From Octopus vulgaris (lineage: Eukaryota), in assembly GCA_951406725.2 (NCBI GenBank), contig OX597825.1, positions 34,162,001 through 34,226,000 of the forward strand: 64,000 bases of DNA. The letters are read 5' to 3'. Positions 1 to 13,050 of this stretch are shown piece after piece. The position numbers and the translations under genes are program-made. The notes under the pieces are model-generated. The model ran no database searches, was not told where the DNA came from, and was given only the letters and a program-made list of their open reading frames with translations. Positions within the stretch are counted from its first letter, which is position 1, and every line of letters begins with the position of its first letter.

Positions 1-1950
1 GACAGAGATTTAGAGACATAATACTTGAAGCCTTTGACGAAATAGAAGGGCATATAGCTTCACACAATGTAGAAGTCAGCTGGAGGTTTCTACGGGACAA
101 CCTGCTAAAAGCCACTGACTAGATCTGTGGATGGTGCAAAGTCCCCTCTCGACCCAAAATAACGTTGTGGTGGAACAAAGTTGTTGACAGGGCTATTAGA
201 GAAAAGAAACAGGCTTGGAGGGACTGGAAGAACGGTGGTAGCAGGGAATTGTATCAGACTGTCAGAGGGGAAGCTAGGAGACAAGTTTATTTAGCCAGAG
301 GGGAAGCAGATAAGAAAAAATTTGCCAATGTTCTGCACCGTGAGGACCAAAGACTTGAGGTATTTCGTGTTGCAAGACAGTGTGTGAGAGGGAATCGTGA
401 TGTTGTAGGAGAGAATTGTGTCCGTGTTGATGATGGTTCACTTGCACCAAACGAGGCTGCAAACAGAGAGGTTTGGAGACGCCACTATGAAAGGTTGCTC
501 AATAAAGAAAATGAATGGGAGAAAGAGAGTCTGCCGAATGTCGACCCAACAGACGGACCAGCTATCCGAGTCGACAGTACCTTGCTAGATAAAGTAATTA
601 AGAGTATGAAGACAGGAAAAGCCCCGGACCACCAGGAATCACTGCAAAGATCCTCAAAATATCTGGCAGTGTCGGCTATAACCTAGTTACCCGTATAGTT
701 AACCAGGTGATACACAAAGGAATCAAACCCAATGACTGGTGTAGCAGCACTATAGTCAACTATAGATACAAATAATTACAGAGGTATCGAGTTGTTGGAT
801 CAGGTAATGAAGGCCACGGAGAGGGTCATAGCCCAACTAATTAGGGAGAGAGTCAGTTTAGATGAGATGCAGTTTGGGTTCGTTCCAGGGAAAAGCACCA
901 CTGATGCTATATTTTTGGTAAGACAGCTGCAGAAGAATACCTAGCCAAAGATAAACCTCTATACCTGGCTTTTGTTGACATGGAGAAAGCCTTTGACAGG
1001 GTCCCCCATTCCCTTATCTAGTGGTCAATGAGGAAACTAGGGATAGATGGATGGTTAGTGAGAGCTGTGCAAGCCAGGTACAGGGACGCTGTCAGTAATG
1101 TGAGGGTTGGTAACGAGTAGTGTGAAGAATTCTGGGTAGACGTAGGGGTCCACCAAAGGTCAGTCCTCAGCTTCCTCCTATTTATCACAGTCCTCCAGGT
1201 AATAACAGAGGAATTCAAGACAGGATTCCCTGGGAGCTGATATACTGATGACCTTGCTCTAATTGATGAGTCACTATCAGAACTAGAGGAGAAGTTTCAG
1301 GTGTGGAAACAAAGATTAGAATCAAAGGGCCTTAGAGTCAACCTAGCTAAAACCAAAGTCCTAAAAAGTAGGAAGGCAGGCAAACCAAAAATCCCTTCAG
1401 GTTGATCGCCCTGCTCGATCTGTAGAAAAGGCGTAGGTAGAAACTCTATAAGATGTACCCAGTGTAATCTATGGACACATAAGAGGTGTAGCAATATCAA
1501 AGGAAGGCTAACTAGGAAGATAGTTTTTGTATGTGGCAGATGCTCAGGAGCAATAAACACTGAAAATGTGCAGTGAGCAACTTCTGCCATATTCCAGGGA
1601 GAAAAACTAGAAGTAGTTGATAGCTTCCGTTACCAAGGTGAAACATGGGCTGTGACTGCTGAGGACATGAGTAAGCTTGCAAGGAATGAAGCGAGTATGC
1701 TCCGATGGATGTGCAATGTCAGTGTGCATACTCAACAGAGTGTAAGTACCTTGAGAGAAAAGTTGGACCTAAGAAGCATCAGATGTGTTGTGCAAGAGAG
1801 ACGACTGCACTGGTAAGGTCATGTGATGAGAATGGATGAGGATAGCTGTGTGAAAAAGTGCCAGACCATAGCGGTTGAGGGAACCTGTGGAAGAGGTAGA
1901 CCTAGGAAGATCTGGGATGAAGTGGTGAAGCACGACCTTCGAACAGTTGG
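1..1950 (+). mobile_element. Degraded RTE-clade non-LTR retrotransposon (RT region)
   Basis: ORF 165-686 (WWNKVVDRAIREKKQAW...VWRRHYERLLN), then broken RT motifs QFGFVPGKSTTDAIF, FVDMEKAFDRVP, GVHQRSVLS and a YTDD variant near 1241; many stops and frameshifts. Confidence 0.85.
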
Positions 1951-1989
1951 AAATGCCTAGAGACCGAGACCTTTGGAATTATGCTGAGC

Positions 1990-2508
1990 TTGGGAAGACC
2001 CTGCAAGCCAAGTGAGACCATAACCTCGAAATCAAATTCGATGACTGGCATCTGTGCTAGTGGAGCGCTAAGATCACCATCCGAGTGGGATCGTTACCAG
2101 AGCAGCTAACTGGCTTCCGTGCCGGTGGCACGTAAAATGCACCGTTCGAGCGTGATCGTTACCAGTGTTGCCATACTGGCACTTGTGCCGGTGGCATGTG
2201 AAAAAATATTTGAGCGTGGTCGTTGCCAGTGCCGCTGGACTGGCTCCTGTGCATGTGGCACGTAAAAACACCATTTGAGCGTGGCTGTTGCCTGCACCGC
2301 CTGACTGGCCCTCGTGCCAGTAGCACGTAAAAGCACCCACTATACTCTCGGAGTGGTTGACATTAAGAAGAGCATCCAGCTGTAGAAACTCTGCCAGATC
2401 AAGATTGGAGCCTGGTGCAGCCATCTGGTTCGCCAGTCCTCAGTCAAATCGTCAAATCGTCCAACCCATGCTAGCATGGAAAGCGGATGTTAAACGATGA
2501 TGATGGTG
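1990..2508 (+). repeat. RTE-associated 3' tail / SINE with ~60-bp tandem subunits, ending in (GAT)n
   Basis: Repeated GTGCC.GTGGCACGTAAAA units; terminal GCTAGCATGGAAAGCGGATGTTAAACGATGATGAT recurs at ~14410, 24745 (minus) and 43418. Confidence 0.75.
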
Positions 2509-2514
2509 ATATAT

Positions 2515-2602
<88 letters not shown>
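2508..2602. repeat. (AT)n microsatellite
   Basis: Directly visible; similar tracts at ~34150, 34385, 43725, 44205, 47860, 51720, 54062 and 54960. Confidence 0.98.
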
Positions 2603-2605
<3 letters not shown>

Positions 2606-2789
2606 TAATTTAATAAAAAATAATATAGTCGTATTTCCGTGCAAGGTTTTCTTTGTGGGCTTGAACATTGTGATGAGAATTTGCTGTTGTTGTTTCTTCT
2701 TAGTAGTGTTTTATATGTCTGTATGGCACCATCGACGGTATTTTTAAACTGGAGAGAGCAAACCATATAGGGATCCCATGTTTCCGCCT

Positions 2790-3670
2790 CTCCTTGCAAT
2801 TCCTTTGCTGTCCTTAAAAGGTCGGACTGACATTCGATTGCCAGACCTTTCTCATCCTCCTCTTCCTTTGGATCTAGCACTTCCTTCCGCTCTTTGCTGG
2901 CAGACTTCGTTAACTCCAATAAATCTTCGTCTGTCAGGGCTTCAGAGTGGGCATCGATGAGGTTGTTGACCTCATCTTGCGTGATATCAAAACCTTCGCA
3001 AGATTAATCGCATTGTTGACAGCCCCATGCTGAATATCTTCAGGTGAGAAGCCCTCATAGTCTTGGACCACTCTGGTCACACCTCCCAGCATGCGATGAG
3101 TGACCACCAGCATTATCTATAACAAGCAACACCTTGAATTCCATGCATCACTTGGCTTGAGTGATGAAGCATTGGTGGAACCAATTCAAAGTTAGACTTT
3201 TGGTAATCTAGGCCTTGGGTTGTGCATCCAGTGAACAGGCAGCAGATTTTTATTCTAATTTTTGAAAGCCCTCGGGTTCCCAAACTTGTAGGTAAGTCCT
3301 AGTTTCATCATGAATCCAGCAGCATTGCCACACTTAACTAGCCTCACTCTGTCCTTCTGTGCCTTAAATACTCGGACTCTGGCTTCGTCCCTCATGATGT
3401 ACTTTCTGGAAGGTATCGTCTTCCAGAACAAGCTAGTTTCGTCCATAATGAAAACCTGTTCCAGCTTGTATCCCTTGTCTTCGATGATATGCCTGAAGGT
3501 CTCGAGGTACTTCTTAGGCTCCGGTGCTGTCAATGATCTTGGTTCTGGTTCTTTGGTGCCTTCTGCTTCGTTTCCTCTGTCAAACCACTTGTGTAAATTC
3601 CATGCTTTCTCACGGATAATGTTACCACTCAAGGGATGTTATTTTTCCCCTGCAGTCACTGATCCATAAT
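2790..3670 (-). mobile_element. Tigger/pogo-like (CENP-B/DDE_1) transposase remnant
   Basis: ORF 3255-3632: GYKLEQVFIMDETSLFWKTIPSRKYI...FKAQKDRVRLVKCGNAAG matches the Tigger NxDETGLFWK...KDRLT...NAAG signature. Confidence 0.85.
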
Positions 3671-3673
3671 GCC

Positions 3674-4075
3674 ATGGCAGACTCTATTTATCAATGTAAA
3701 ATTACTTCCAGTTCAGACGTCTTTTTTTTAATAGGTAGTTCTTCCTCTCAGTTGTCCAAAAGAATATCTAATCATTACTCTACATTTAGACATATCAACA
3801 AATGTAACAATACTGTGCTTAGTAAATTAATTTGGTCTCTAAAAGAACATAATAAACAATTTGATTTAGATTGGAATATTCTATCTAAATCATTTCCATA
3901 TGATAAAACTAAATCTTTTTGCACGCTCTGTAACGATGAACTTTATTTCATCCTGTTCTCAGAAAATCCACTTGTTAACATGTTTAAAGAATGCATTTAT
4001 AATTGCAAACATAAGCAAAATATACCTATAGTTCATATAAGTGATTTATATCAATCTGTGAAATTCGACCTTTAA
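3674..4075 (+). mobile_element. GIY-YIG endonuclease domain of a Penelope-like element (5'-truncated)
   Basis: IYQCKI...LIGSS...KRISNHYSTF...LSKLIWSLKE...WNIL...CTLCNDE...CKH follows the PLE GIY-YIG pattern with its C-terminal CxxC-E motif. Confidence 0.8.
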
Positions 4076-4935
4076 CTGTCTTCTTACATTTCACTCCCAC
4101 TAAATATATCTATTTCCATGCCTTTAACCTTTATTCCTATTCACCTATCACACTATATTTCTCCACTTTCAATTTTCTGCTTATTTCTTTCTTCTCCGCC
4201 TTCTCTTTCTATAAATTGCCTTTGACATAATATATACTAATGTTTGTTTTTTAAAGTAGCGTACTAGCATTCCCTTCATCATATATGCAGTAATCACATT
4301 CGGTTAAAATGTCTTATTGATGTGTTTTGCTTCTCTTTCTTTCCCTGATGAGAAGATTGCATTGTTTTTCATCATTTTAATCCTTCTGGAATAATACCAA
4401 TGTTTTCTTCGAAACATATGTTGGAAGTATAAAGATTTGAATAACACCTGCTTAATGTATGTATGTATGTATCTATGCATGTGTGTATGTATGTATATCT
4501 GTCTATCTATGTATGAGTGTGTGTTTGTGTGTGTGTGTGTATGCATGTGTTTGTATGTATATGTATGTGTATTAGTGTGTGTTTGTGTGTGAGAGAGAGT
4601 AAGAGAGGAAGAAAGAGGGAATGGGAGGGAGAGAGAGATGACTGTGTTCCACATTAAAAGGAGATATCTTTGTATCCTTATATTTATGTACCTGTTTCAT
4701 TACCTCGATTGAAAGTAATGTAAGAAAGTAGTCAAAGAGCTCGATACTAATATGTTATTACCTGAATTGAAAACAGGAACTTTTAAGTAACATGATAATG
4801 CAGCAAAATCACGCACATTCACACACACGCGCATTACGCACACACATGCACACACACAGCCACACTTATATGTACACACAGCCACATACACACAAACACA
4901 TAGATTAAAAATGAGAATTCTATCCAAATACTTAC

Positions 4936-5180
4936 ACTTTCCAATGTCCAACCACTAAAGAAATATTTTTCCGTTTCATTTAATTTTAATTCTTTTACTG
5001 GATCAATTTGTAGAGTGTTAAAATCAAAGCTTGGTTGAGATCCCCTTCTACATTTATTTGCACAAGACATTTTATTTGAGAAAACACGTGTTTCATCATT
5101 GATTAATTGAACAGTGAAATAATTTGAGGTTCCAGACAAAAATTTGCTTGAAATATAAAATTTGATTCTCCAGCAGTAAT
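4936..5180 (-). CDS. Internal exon (phase 1 to 0) encoding the N-terminal ~3/4 of a divergent PLAT/LH2-like domain, gene B
   Basis: Acceptor tttcgtttcAG, donor GTAAGT, 245 nt open: YCWRIKFYISSKFLSGTSNYFTVQLINDETRVFSNKMSCANKCRRGSQPSFDFNTLQIDPVKELKLNETEKYFFSGWTLES. Unique, non-repeat sequence. The PLAT assignment is by motif recall (SGT, RG...F, W.LE). Confidence 0.75.
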
Positions 5181-7189
5181 CTGAAACGAAACACCATGAG
5201 ATAATGTTTATTACATAGATTGACTGTTTGTAATAATACTGTTTGTATACATTTTATATTTCACTTCTTTCAGTCATTGAACTACGGCCATGCTGGGGCA
5301 CCACCTCGAAGGATTTTAGTCGAACGAATCAACTCCAGTACTTATTGCTTAAAACCTGGTACTTATTAAATCAATCTCTTTTGCCAAACTGCTACATGAC
5401 AGGAACGTGAACAAACCAATACTGGTGGCCGAGTAGTGGTGGTAGGGCAAACACAAACACAAAAACACACACACACATGCACACACACACACACATACAC
5501 GCATGCACGCACACACACATATAGGATAAGCTTCTTTGAGATTTTGTCTGTTAAATCTACTCACAAAGCTTTGGTTGCTCTGGGGCTATGGCAAAAGGTA
5601 TTTGCCCTAAGTGTCAAACTGTAGGATTGAACGAGGAGCACATTGGACAAGTGTCTTCTGTTATAACCCCAAATTGACGAAAGCATTGTGAGTGGATTTG
5701 GTAGATAGAACCTGAAAATAGCTCATTGTATATTTGTACGAATCTCCATTGACAGTCTATTGGTGTCAAATAAAGTGTTAAATACCTTTAGCTTACAAAT
5801 GAATAGCTCCAGTTCTCTGGAGCTATATTTATACGACTGAATGGACAAAAGTAGGAAAGAGTTATTCAACACATTTCCTAGGAGTACATATATTGCTATT
5901 TAATAACACAACTTAAAGTTTCGAAGGCGCTTCACGCGAACATAGCTCTTCAGGTTTAGACGACCGAATGGAGAGATGGAAGAATCTTAAGTGAAACGAA
6001 GTGGTGGTACACTTGCACTCGTGCATGTGTGTTGGAGTATGCCTGCTTTATGAGTGCGTGAGTTTATGCATTTGGTGCATATATAAATGTGTGTGTGGCG
6101 AGTATGTCTGCTGCATTAGTGTGAGTGTACACATTTCATGCATATGTGTGTGTGAGTGCATGCATGTGTGCGTTTGAGCATTTTTTGTGTATGTTCTAGT
6201 ACGAGCATACATGAGATCAGCGTGTGAGCATGTGTGTGTACGGATGTAAAGGCGCATTTTGTTAGGTGACATATAATGGTAACAGCAGCTATACGTGACT
6301 AGGTCTGACCTGGGATAAAGATTCGATGATAGTTGGGGAAAGGAAAATGGTAAGGAAAGAAAGGAAAGCGTGTGTGTGTGTGTAGGCATGTACTTGCACA
6401 CACATGCAAAAACAATCGTGGGAGATTACAGAAAATACATAGGGTTGGAAAGTTAGTCTATAGTCTGAGCAGGTAGCAGAGTTTAAGTACCCAGTGCTAA
6501 ATTATGGGGCAGCCAGTACTAAGTTGGTATACTCAGGTCGTCAGCTTAAAGTTCCCTATGAGGGCACACCTCTAATGGCTGCAATGAGATAATTTGTTTT
6601 TCCTATTGTGGATACTGAAGGTTCATGGAGAATACGTAGATTTCATAGAGACAGAGCTGGGGCTCTTTCATGATAGTGCATTCAGGTAGGTGGAAAGTCT
6701 CCAGTTGAAGCCAGGTAAGGAGGGTTCTTTTTTCTATCTCTGCATCTGACGGAATGCATATACTGTGTATACCGTCTCTTAAAGTCATAGGTCATCATGT
6801 CCATGTTTTGCTTGCAGTGCCATTGAATAGTGTGAAGAAGGCTCATTAGCCCAGAGTCCTTGAGAGCCATATATATATTCGTATATATATGTGGGGTGTG
6901 GATGGATGGATGGATGGATGGATATATATATATATATATTTATATATGCATGTATATATATGTTCACATGCATGTTGGGTCGTGATTGTTTTGTATTATG
7001 ATAATATTTTGGTGGGTCTAGAAATGTTTGTCAGCACCCATCACCTCTCCATGCATTGAGTCCCACACTAAGTTTAGCCTACTAGCAGACACACTTATCA
7101 AGTTGTGGCCAACTATGGTCTCAGCAACAATAGTGAGAGTCAGATGAGAACCAATGTACCTGTTCATACCTAATGATGTTGCTACCAAA

Positions 7190-7500
7190 AACCAGGTATT
7201 CTTCCTACTTGAGTGCTTCAGGTGGCTGCTGTGCATCCTGTACAGAGAACACAAGACAAACAACTTTGTCAGGCAGCAAGTCAATGGATATGCTGGCAGA
7301 TAGGATCCTCTCTTTGTGCAGGTAAAAAGTGAAAGCTTGTCTGGTTCAGCCATGCATCCTGCCACAACTCCCTGTCCAAAACCAATTTTCAGAGCACAAT
7401 TGAGGAAGGATGAAAAAGAAGTAAAGATAGAAAATTCTGACCTGACAGCTTCAAGAACTGGGCAGGTTACAATTCATGACCCTGCCAAGAATAACTGAGG
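7190..7500 (+). mobile_element. RTE LINE 3'-end fragment
   Basis: Broken frame LECFRWLLCILYREHKTNNFVRQQV...LVWFSH resembles the RTE C-terminal region. Confidence 0.55.
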
Positions 7501-7604
7501 AGATGGAGCAGTGGGAACAGCTGACTACATTCACTTCAGAATCACTGGTAAAGCCTTTGATGTAATAGCCTCCAATGCAACATTGAAGACTTTCCAGCAC
7601 TTTG

Positions 7605-7687
7605 TATGTACATACATGCATGCATCCATCCATCCTTACAAGCATACATACATATATACATACACACACACACACACACACATACAT

Positions 7688-7718
<31 letters not shown>

Positions 7719-7850
7719 TACATACATACATACATATATATATACATACATACATACACAAACACACACACATACATACATACACACACACTCATACATA
7801 CATACATACATACATACACACACACACATATATGCATACATACATACATG
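7605..7850. repeat. (CATA)n/(CA)n compound microsatellite
   Basis: Directly visible; counterpart at 9643-9866. Confidence 0.95.
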
Positions 7851-9620
7851 ATGGCCGTCCACTCGTGACCGAGGAAGACCATTGCCGACCTTCAGGAACA
7901 TTGTGCGCTCTAGGACTAACTTATATTTTGCATTTGCGGCTCCGTTGGTGGCTAATGAGCCCTGCTCTTGACAAGCATACACGACTGCAAACATTGCAGA
8001 CCAAGCTTTCCCCATTCACTATACGAGCCGTGCGCTTTTGCGCAGCTCGCTTAAGTTCTTCATGCTGGATACGTGCTCTCTCAAAGGTGTCGGTCCCCTC
8101 CTTAACCTGCTTCCTCCATCTGTGGCGATGACAGGCATTGTTCTCCCAGTCAATGTCCTGCATATCAAAGGCCTTTAACGAGGACTTGACACAGTCCTTA
8201 AATCGCAGCCCTGGTTTCTGCCGGAGTCTCCTTCCATTCACAAGTATAGCTGGTTCTATATATGGATTTCCTGGTGCAGGCTGGAACATTACAACAGTCT
8301 TGTCCAGGCTAATGCTGAGTCCAAATGCCCTGCAAGAAGCAGAAATGCAATTCATGAGTATTTGCATGTCATCCACTGTATGAGTGACTAAGTCACAGTC
8401 ATCTGCATAAAGGAGGTCACGAATAATAGACTGGGAAACCTTTGAATTGGCAGCAAATCGGCGAAGATTAAAGAGGCAGCCAGAAGATTGATATCTGACA
8501 TATATTCCCAGAGAGCTAACCTTAGCAAAAGCATGAGTAAAAGTAGCAGCAAAGTACAAAGAAAAGAGAGTTGGGGCAAGGATGTAACCCTGCTTAACAC
8601 CATTCTCTACAGGAATGGGTCCTGCCATGGCACCACCAACATTGACCCAAGCCTCCATCCCATCATGAAATGATTTAATTATTGATACAAAGTGATCCGG
8701 ACATCCAAGTTTGCCAAGTATTTTCCATAGAAAGGCCCTATTTACAGTATCAAAGGCCTTAGTTAAATCAATGAATACCTGGACAAGATCCATATTCTGC
8801 TCATAGCACTTCTCCTGCATCTGTCTTGCTGTGAAAATCATATCCATTGTCCCTCTACCAGATCGGAAGCCACATTGAGATTCAGATAGGACATCATTTA
8901 TGAGACACCCATTCAGTCGGGTAAGAAGAATATTTGCCAGAACCTTGCCAGCAGCTGATAGTAGAGCAATACCTCTGTAGTTACCACACATTGTTCTGGC
9001 TCCTTTTCCTTTATAAAGAGGAAGAATAATTGCATCCTTCCAGTCCTTAGGGATTGCACCATCCCTCCAGACTGCACTAATAAGTTCATGAAGGGACTGT
9101 GTGATGCAATTACCACCAAATCGCAAGACCTCAGCACAAATTCCATCCTTTCCAGGTGCCCTACCAAGATTCAAGTTACTTATTGATGTCATTACTTTAT
9201 GTATTGATGGCAAGGAGTCTAAGGAGTCAATGATAGGTCTTTGTTTCATAGTATCAATCACTGTTTCATCCACAACTGACTCATGGTTTAGGAGTTCAGA
9301 GAAGTGTTCGATCCAGCGACCTGTGATTTCTGTTGATTTAGTAAACATAGTGGAAGACTCTTTGGAAAGCAAAGGAGCTGATGTGGAGCTCTTAGGTCCA
9401 TAAGCTCGCTTCATAAGATGGTAAAGCTTCTTGCTGTCATTTGCATCAGCAGCAGCCTGAACATCACTAGCAAGATCCTCCCACTAAGTGTTCTGCATCT
9501 TCCTGAGAGATCGCTGCAGTAGTGATTTTACACTGTTATAGTGGGCAAGTGCTAGAGTTCGCTGCACAGTAGACAGTTCACTGTGCAGCAACACACTGTG
9601 GGCATGGCCCTTCACCACTA
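7850..9620 (-). mobile_element. RTE (BovB-like) LINE, 5'-truncated, with a 497-aa RT ORF and an internal deletion
   Basis: ORF 7921-9414: NYRGIALLS, QCGFRSGRGTMDMIF, FIDLTKAFDTV, GVKQG, YADD; C-terminal CxxC...H finger (CNVCSRVCLSRAGLISHQRS). Flanked on both sides by (CATA/CA)n. Confidence 0.92.
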
Positions 9621-9644
9621 ATAGTCGTTGAATTTCAGCATCAT

Positions 9645-9675
<31 letters not shown>

Positions 9676-9698
9676 TACACACACACACATATATACAT

Positions 9699-9795
<97 letters not shown>

Positions 9796-9835
9796 TACAT
9801 ACATACATACATACATACATACATACATACATACA

Positions 9836-9866
<31 letters not shown>

Positions 9867-9982
9867 GCTTATTTATTGTTTTCTAAGCCTCAAGCAAATG
9901 ATAGTATTATTCTGCTGGATTAGATATTCAAATAGAGTTATGACTGGAAATAAAATTCATATTTCAATCTAAGATAAATAAG

Positions 9983-10194
9983 AAGGTAGCGAGCTGGCAG
10001 AAACGTTAGCACGCCGGGCAAAATGCCTAGCAGTATTTCGTCTTTCTTTACATTTAGAGTTCAAATTCCACCAAGGTCGACATTGCTTTTATCCTTTCGG
10101 GGTCAATAAATTAAGTACCAATTATGTACTGGGGTCGATTTAATCGACTGGCTCCCTCCCCAAAACTTCAGGTCATGTGCCTTGACGAGAAAAG
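9983..10194 (+). mobile_element. SINE with a 17-bp target-site duplication
   Basis: AATCTAAGATAAATAAG at 9966-9982 and 10195-10211 flanks the element; B-box-like GAGTTCAAATTCC. Same family at ~15466 (-), 35668 (-), 36780 (+), 38800 (-) and 47150 (+). Confidence 0.9.
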
Positions 10195-11602
10195 AATCTA
10201 AGATAAATAAGGTATTAAATATTGACTAATTAATATTCTTTGGAGTTCTACTCTCGTAAAATCTTGACAAATCAAGTATTTTTCTTCAAAGTTGTCATAG
10301 GCACAATTTGATTCACAGCCATGATGTTAGTTTATTTACATATAATTCCTCCTGGTTGCTAAGTGAGGTGAACCATCTGATGTACCTTAGTTGTACAATA
10401 TTATCTAGTTGATATTAAAAGGATTTAATAAGCTAGCAGAAAATATGCACACATGCACATGAACACATGCATACATGCACATGCATGCATGCACACACAC
10501 ACTCACACACACGTGCACGCACGCACACACACACAGAGATTTCATCATTATCATAATAATCATCTTTTAACATCAATCTTCCATGCTGGTAAGGGTTGGA
10601 TGGTTTGAGAGAATCTGATGTGTCAGAGGACCGCTTTCTGCTTCAAGGTCTGCTTTGGCATGCCTGAAGGCCCTTACTTCTCTCAACCACTTTCCAAAGT
10701 GCACTGGATGCTTTTTCATTGCACCAGAACCCTTGCATTTGCCATGTGGACTACAAGACTATGATCTTCATAGGCTGAATGGAACTACAGTAGAAAATGA
10801 GGCAGTTCTATACTAAGTAAGGAAACATTTGAGTACAACAGAGGGAATTCGAACAGGTTTCTTGCTGTTAAGGAGATACAAATCTGTTCACATTATACAA
10901 GAGTTAGAAGGTGGTAAGCAAAACAGAATTGTTTGCATGCAGGACAAAATGCTTAGTGGTATTTTGGTTGTTTTTATGATCTGAGTTCAAATTTAGCAGA
11001 AGCAGACTTTATTTTTCAAGGGTCAATGAAATAAGTACTAGTTAAGCTTTGAGGGCTGATGTAATAGATTTGTTCCAACCCCTAAAATTTCAGGCTTTGT
11101 GCCTTTGGTAGAAAGGATTGTAGAAGAGTGGGTGAAAGTAATTAAGGTGGATCTAGAAAAAGAGATAAAAACAGTGGTAACAAGGTGTCAGGTTGGGCTC
11201 TGGAGTGAGAAGATCAAGAAGAGTGGGTAGATAGCAACTGTGAGAGGGAGGTAGGGGGAGAAACGGACAGAGAGAGTTGGGATGCCTTTAATTCTTTTCT
11301 AAGACTGAATTAGATAGCAGAAACGTTTCTAGAATACATGTGATACTGCTACATATCATTTGCTTTTTTTGATGTTCTATTCATTGAATACACAGGACGT
11401 TAAGGATAAGAGAGCATCATGGACATGGCTTGAGTGAGGTGATTTGAAACATATCACTGAAAACCTGATCATTGCTGCACAAGACCAGTGTCAGAAATTG
11501 GAGAAAAAACTTCAATTCATTTGATGAAAAATTAATATTAGTCCAAAGATTTTCTGAATATTAATCTTACCTTTCATATCAATGGCTGTTATTAACTACT
11601 AA

Positions 11603-13050
11603 TGTGCATGAAAGACTAGCAGCCCAATTGAATGAGTGTATCCAGAAAGGTGCAGGCCCTACATGGACGGTGAATGGGAGGACAAGACTTATAATGAAAG
11701 ATAGAAGAAAGGGGAATATTGTGGGCCTCTACCATCCCATAGAATTCCTAAACATCATCTGCAAGATACTCACTGGAATATGTGCAGCAGAGACATACGC
11801 TTTCCTGGCATAGGAAGAAATACTACCAAGGAAACAAAAAGGATGTAGGAAGAGTTCTCAGGGTACCAAGGATCACCTGGTCATCAATAAAACAGTTTTG
11901 ATGCATTGTAAAAAACATCATACAAAGATGTCTGTGGCTTGGATTTGACTTTAAGAAGGCATATGATATGATGCCTCCTCATTCTGGGATCGTTGAATGT
12001 CTGCTGGTGTTTGATGTTGTCAGCAACATCACAAATTTTCTGATGCATAGCATGAAAGACTGGAAAACCAAATTGTACTCAAGTAAAGTACTCCTTGGAG
12101 AAGTTACTAGTAAAAAGGCATCTTCCAAGGTGACTTGTTATCTCCATTACTATTTGTAATTGCACTAATACCCATAACAATGACACTTAGGAAAGTTAAT
12201 ATGGGTTACCAATGTAGGAAGAAAAGCACATCAATAAATCTTCTTTTGTTTATGAATGACCTGAAATTGTTTGGGAAATCTAAAAAAACAGACAGATTAC
12301 TTAACAAAAGTAGTCCAGGAGTGTGGTAGGGACATTGGTGTGGAATTTGGGATTACCAAATGCTCAGTACTTAATATGAAATGTGGGAAGAAAGCAGCCT
12401 GCAGAGGATTGTGGTTAGCATCAGGAGAGATCATGGGTGAACCCAACGGTAGCGGGGATAGATATTTAGGGATTTTGGAACTGGATGACATTCTTGAAAT
12501 GAGAATGCATAGACAGTTTGAATGGAATACACAGGACGTTAAGGATAATAGAGCATCATGGGCATGGCTTGAGTGAGGCAATTTGAAGCATATCACTGAA
12601 AACCTGATCATTGCTGCACAAGACCAGGCTCTCGCTACCAATTCAGTGAAGTACAACATCTATAAAACTTCTGACACACAGAAATGCAGATTCTGTGGAA
12701 AGAGTGTGGGAAATGGGACCTACTTGGTAAGTGGATGTGAGAGCCTTACACAAAAAGAATACAAGCCTCACCATGATAAAATGTGTGTGTATCTTCATTG
12801 GCTCTCATGCCATAAATATCAATATGAAATAATGGAGAACTGGTCTCAGCGTGTACCAAGTAAAGTTATGCAATAGGATGGAAAAGTAACGATACTCTGG
12901 ATCTATGATTTTCAGATGGATCATGTAATTGAACACTGTCGGCTGGATGTTGTCATATTGAATAAGAGAGACAAATACTGTCAGATCATTGATTTATCCA
13001 GACCCATTGACATGAATGTTGTGAGTAAAGAGGTTGAAAAATCGCCAAAT
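11603..13050 (+). mobile_element. Degraded R4/Dong-like (RLE-type) non-LTR retrotransposon
   Basis: LSPLLFVIALIP, FMNDLKLF, IIAAQDQALATN...CRFC...LVSGC...Y..HHD; many frameshifts. A ~100-bp piece (12524-12628) is duplicated at ~11386-11488. Confidence 0.85.

Noticed and set aside
2100-2340. Regularly spaced repeats here and at 24910-25190 resembling a CRISPR array
   Set aside because: Eukaryotic context; the inter-repeat sequences are homologous to each other; part of a retroposon tail; no cas genes.
7451-8131. Many overlapping ORFs rich in [12 protein letters not shown] (also near 2480, 9480, 51690, 54850 and 63430)
   Set aside because: They are translations of (CATA)n, (CA)n and (AT)n microsatellites, which lack stop codons.
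11571-11600. Possible micro-exon LITAIDMK with an AG|GTAAG donor between the gene B exons
   Set aside because: No available acceptor gives the required phase 1 without a stop; it abuts an R4-like insertion. Worth rechecking only with RNA-seq.
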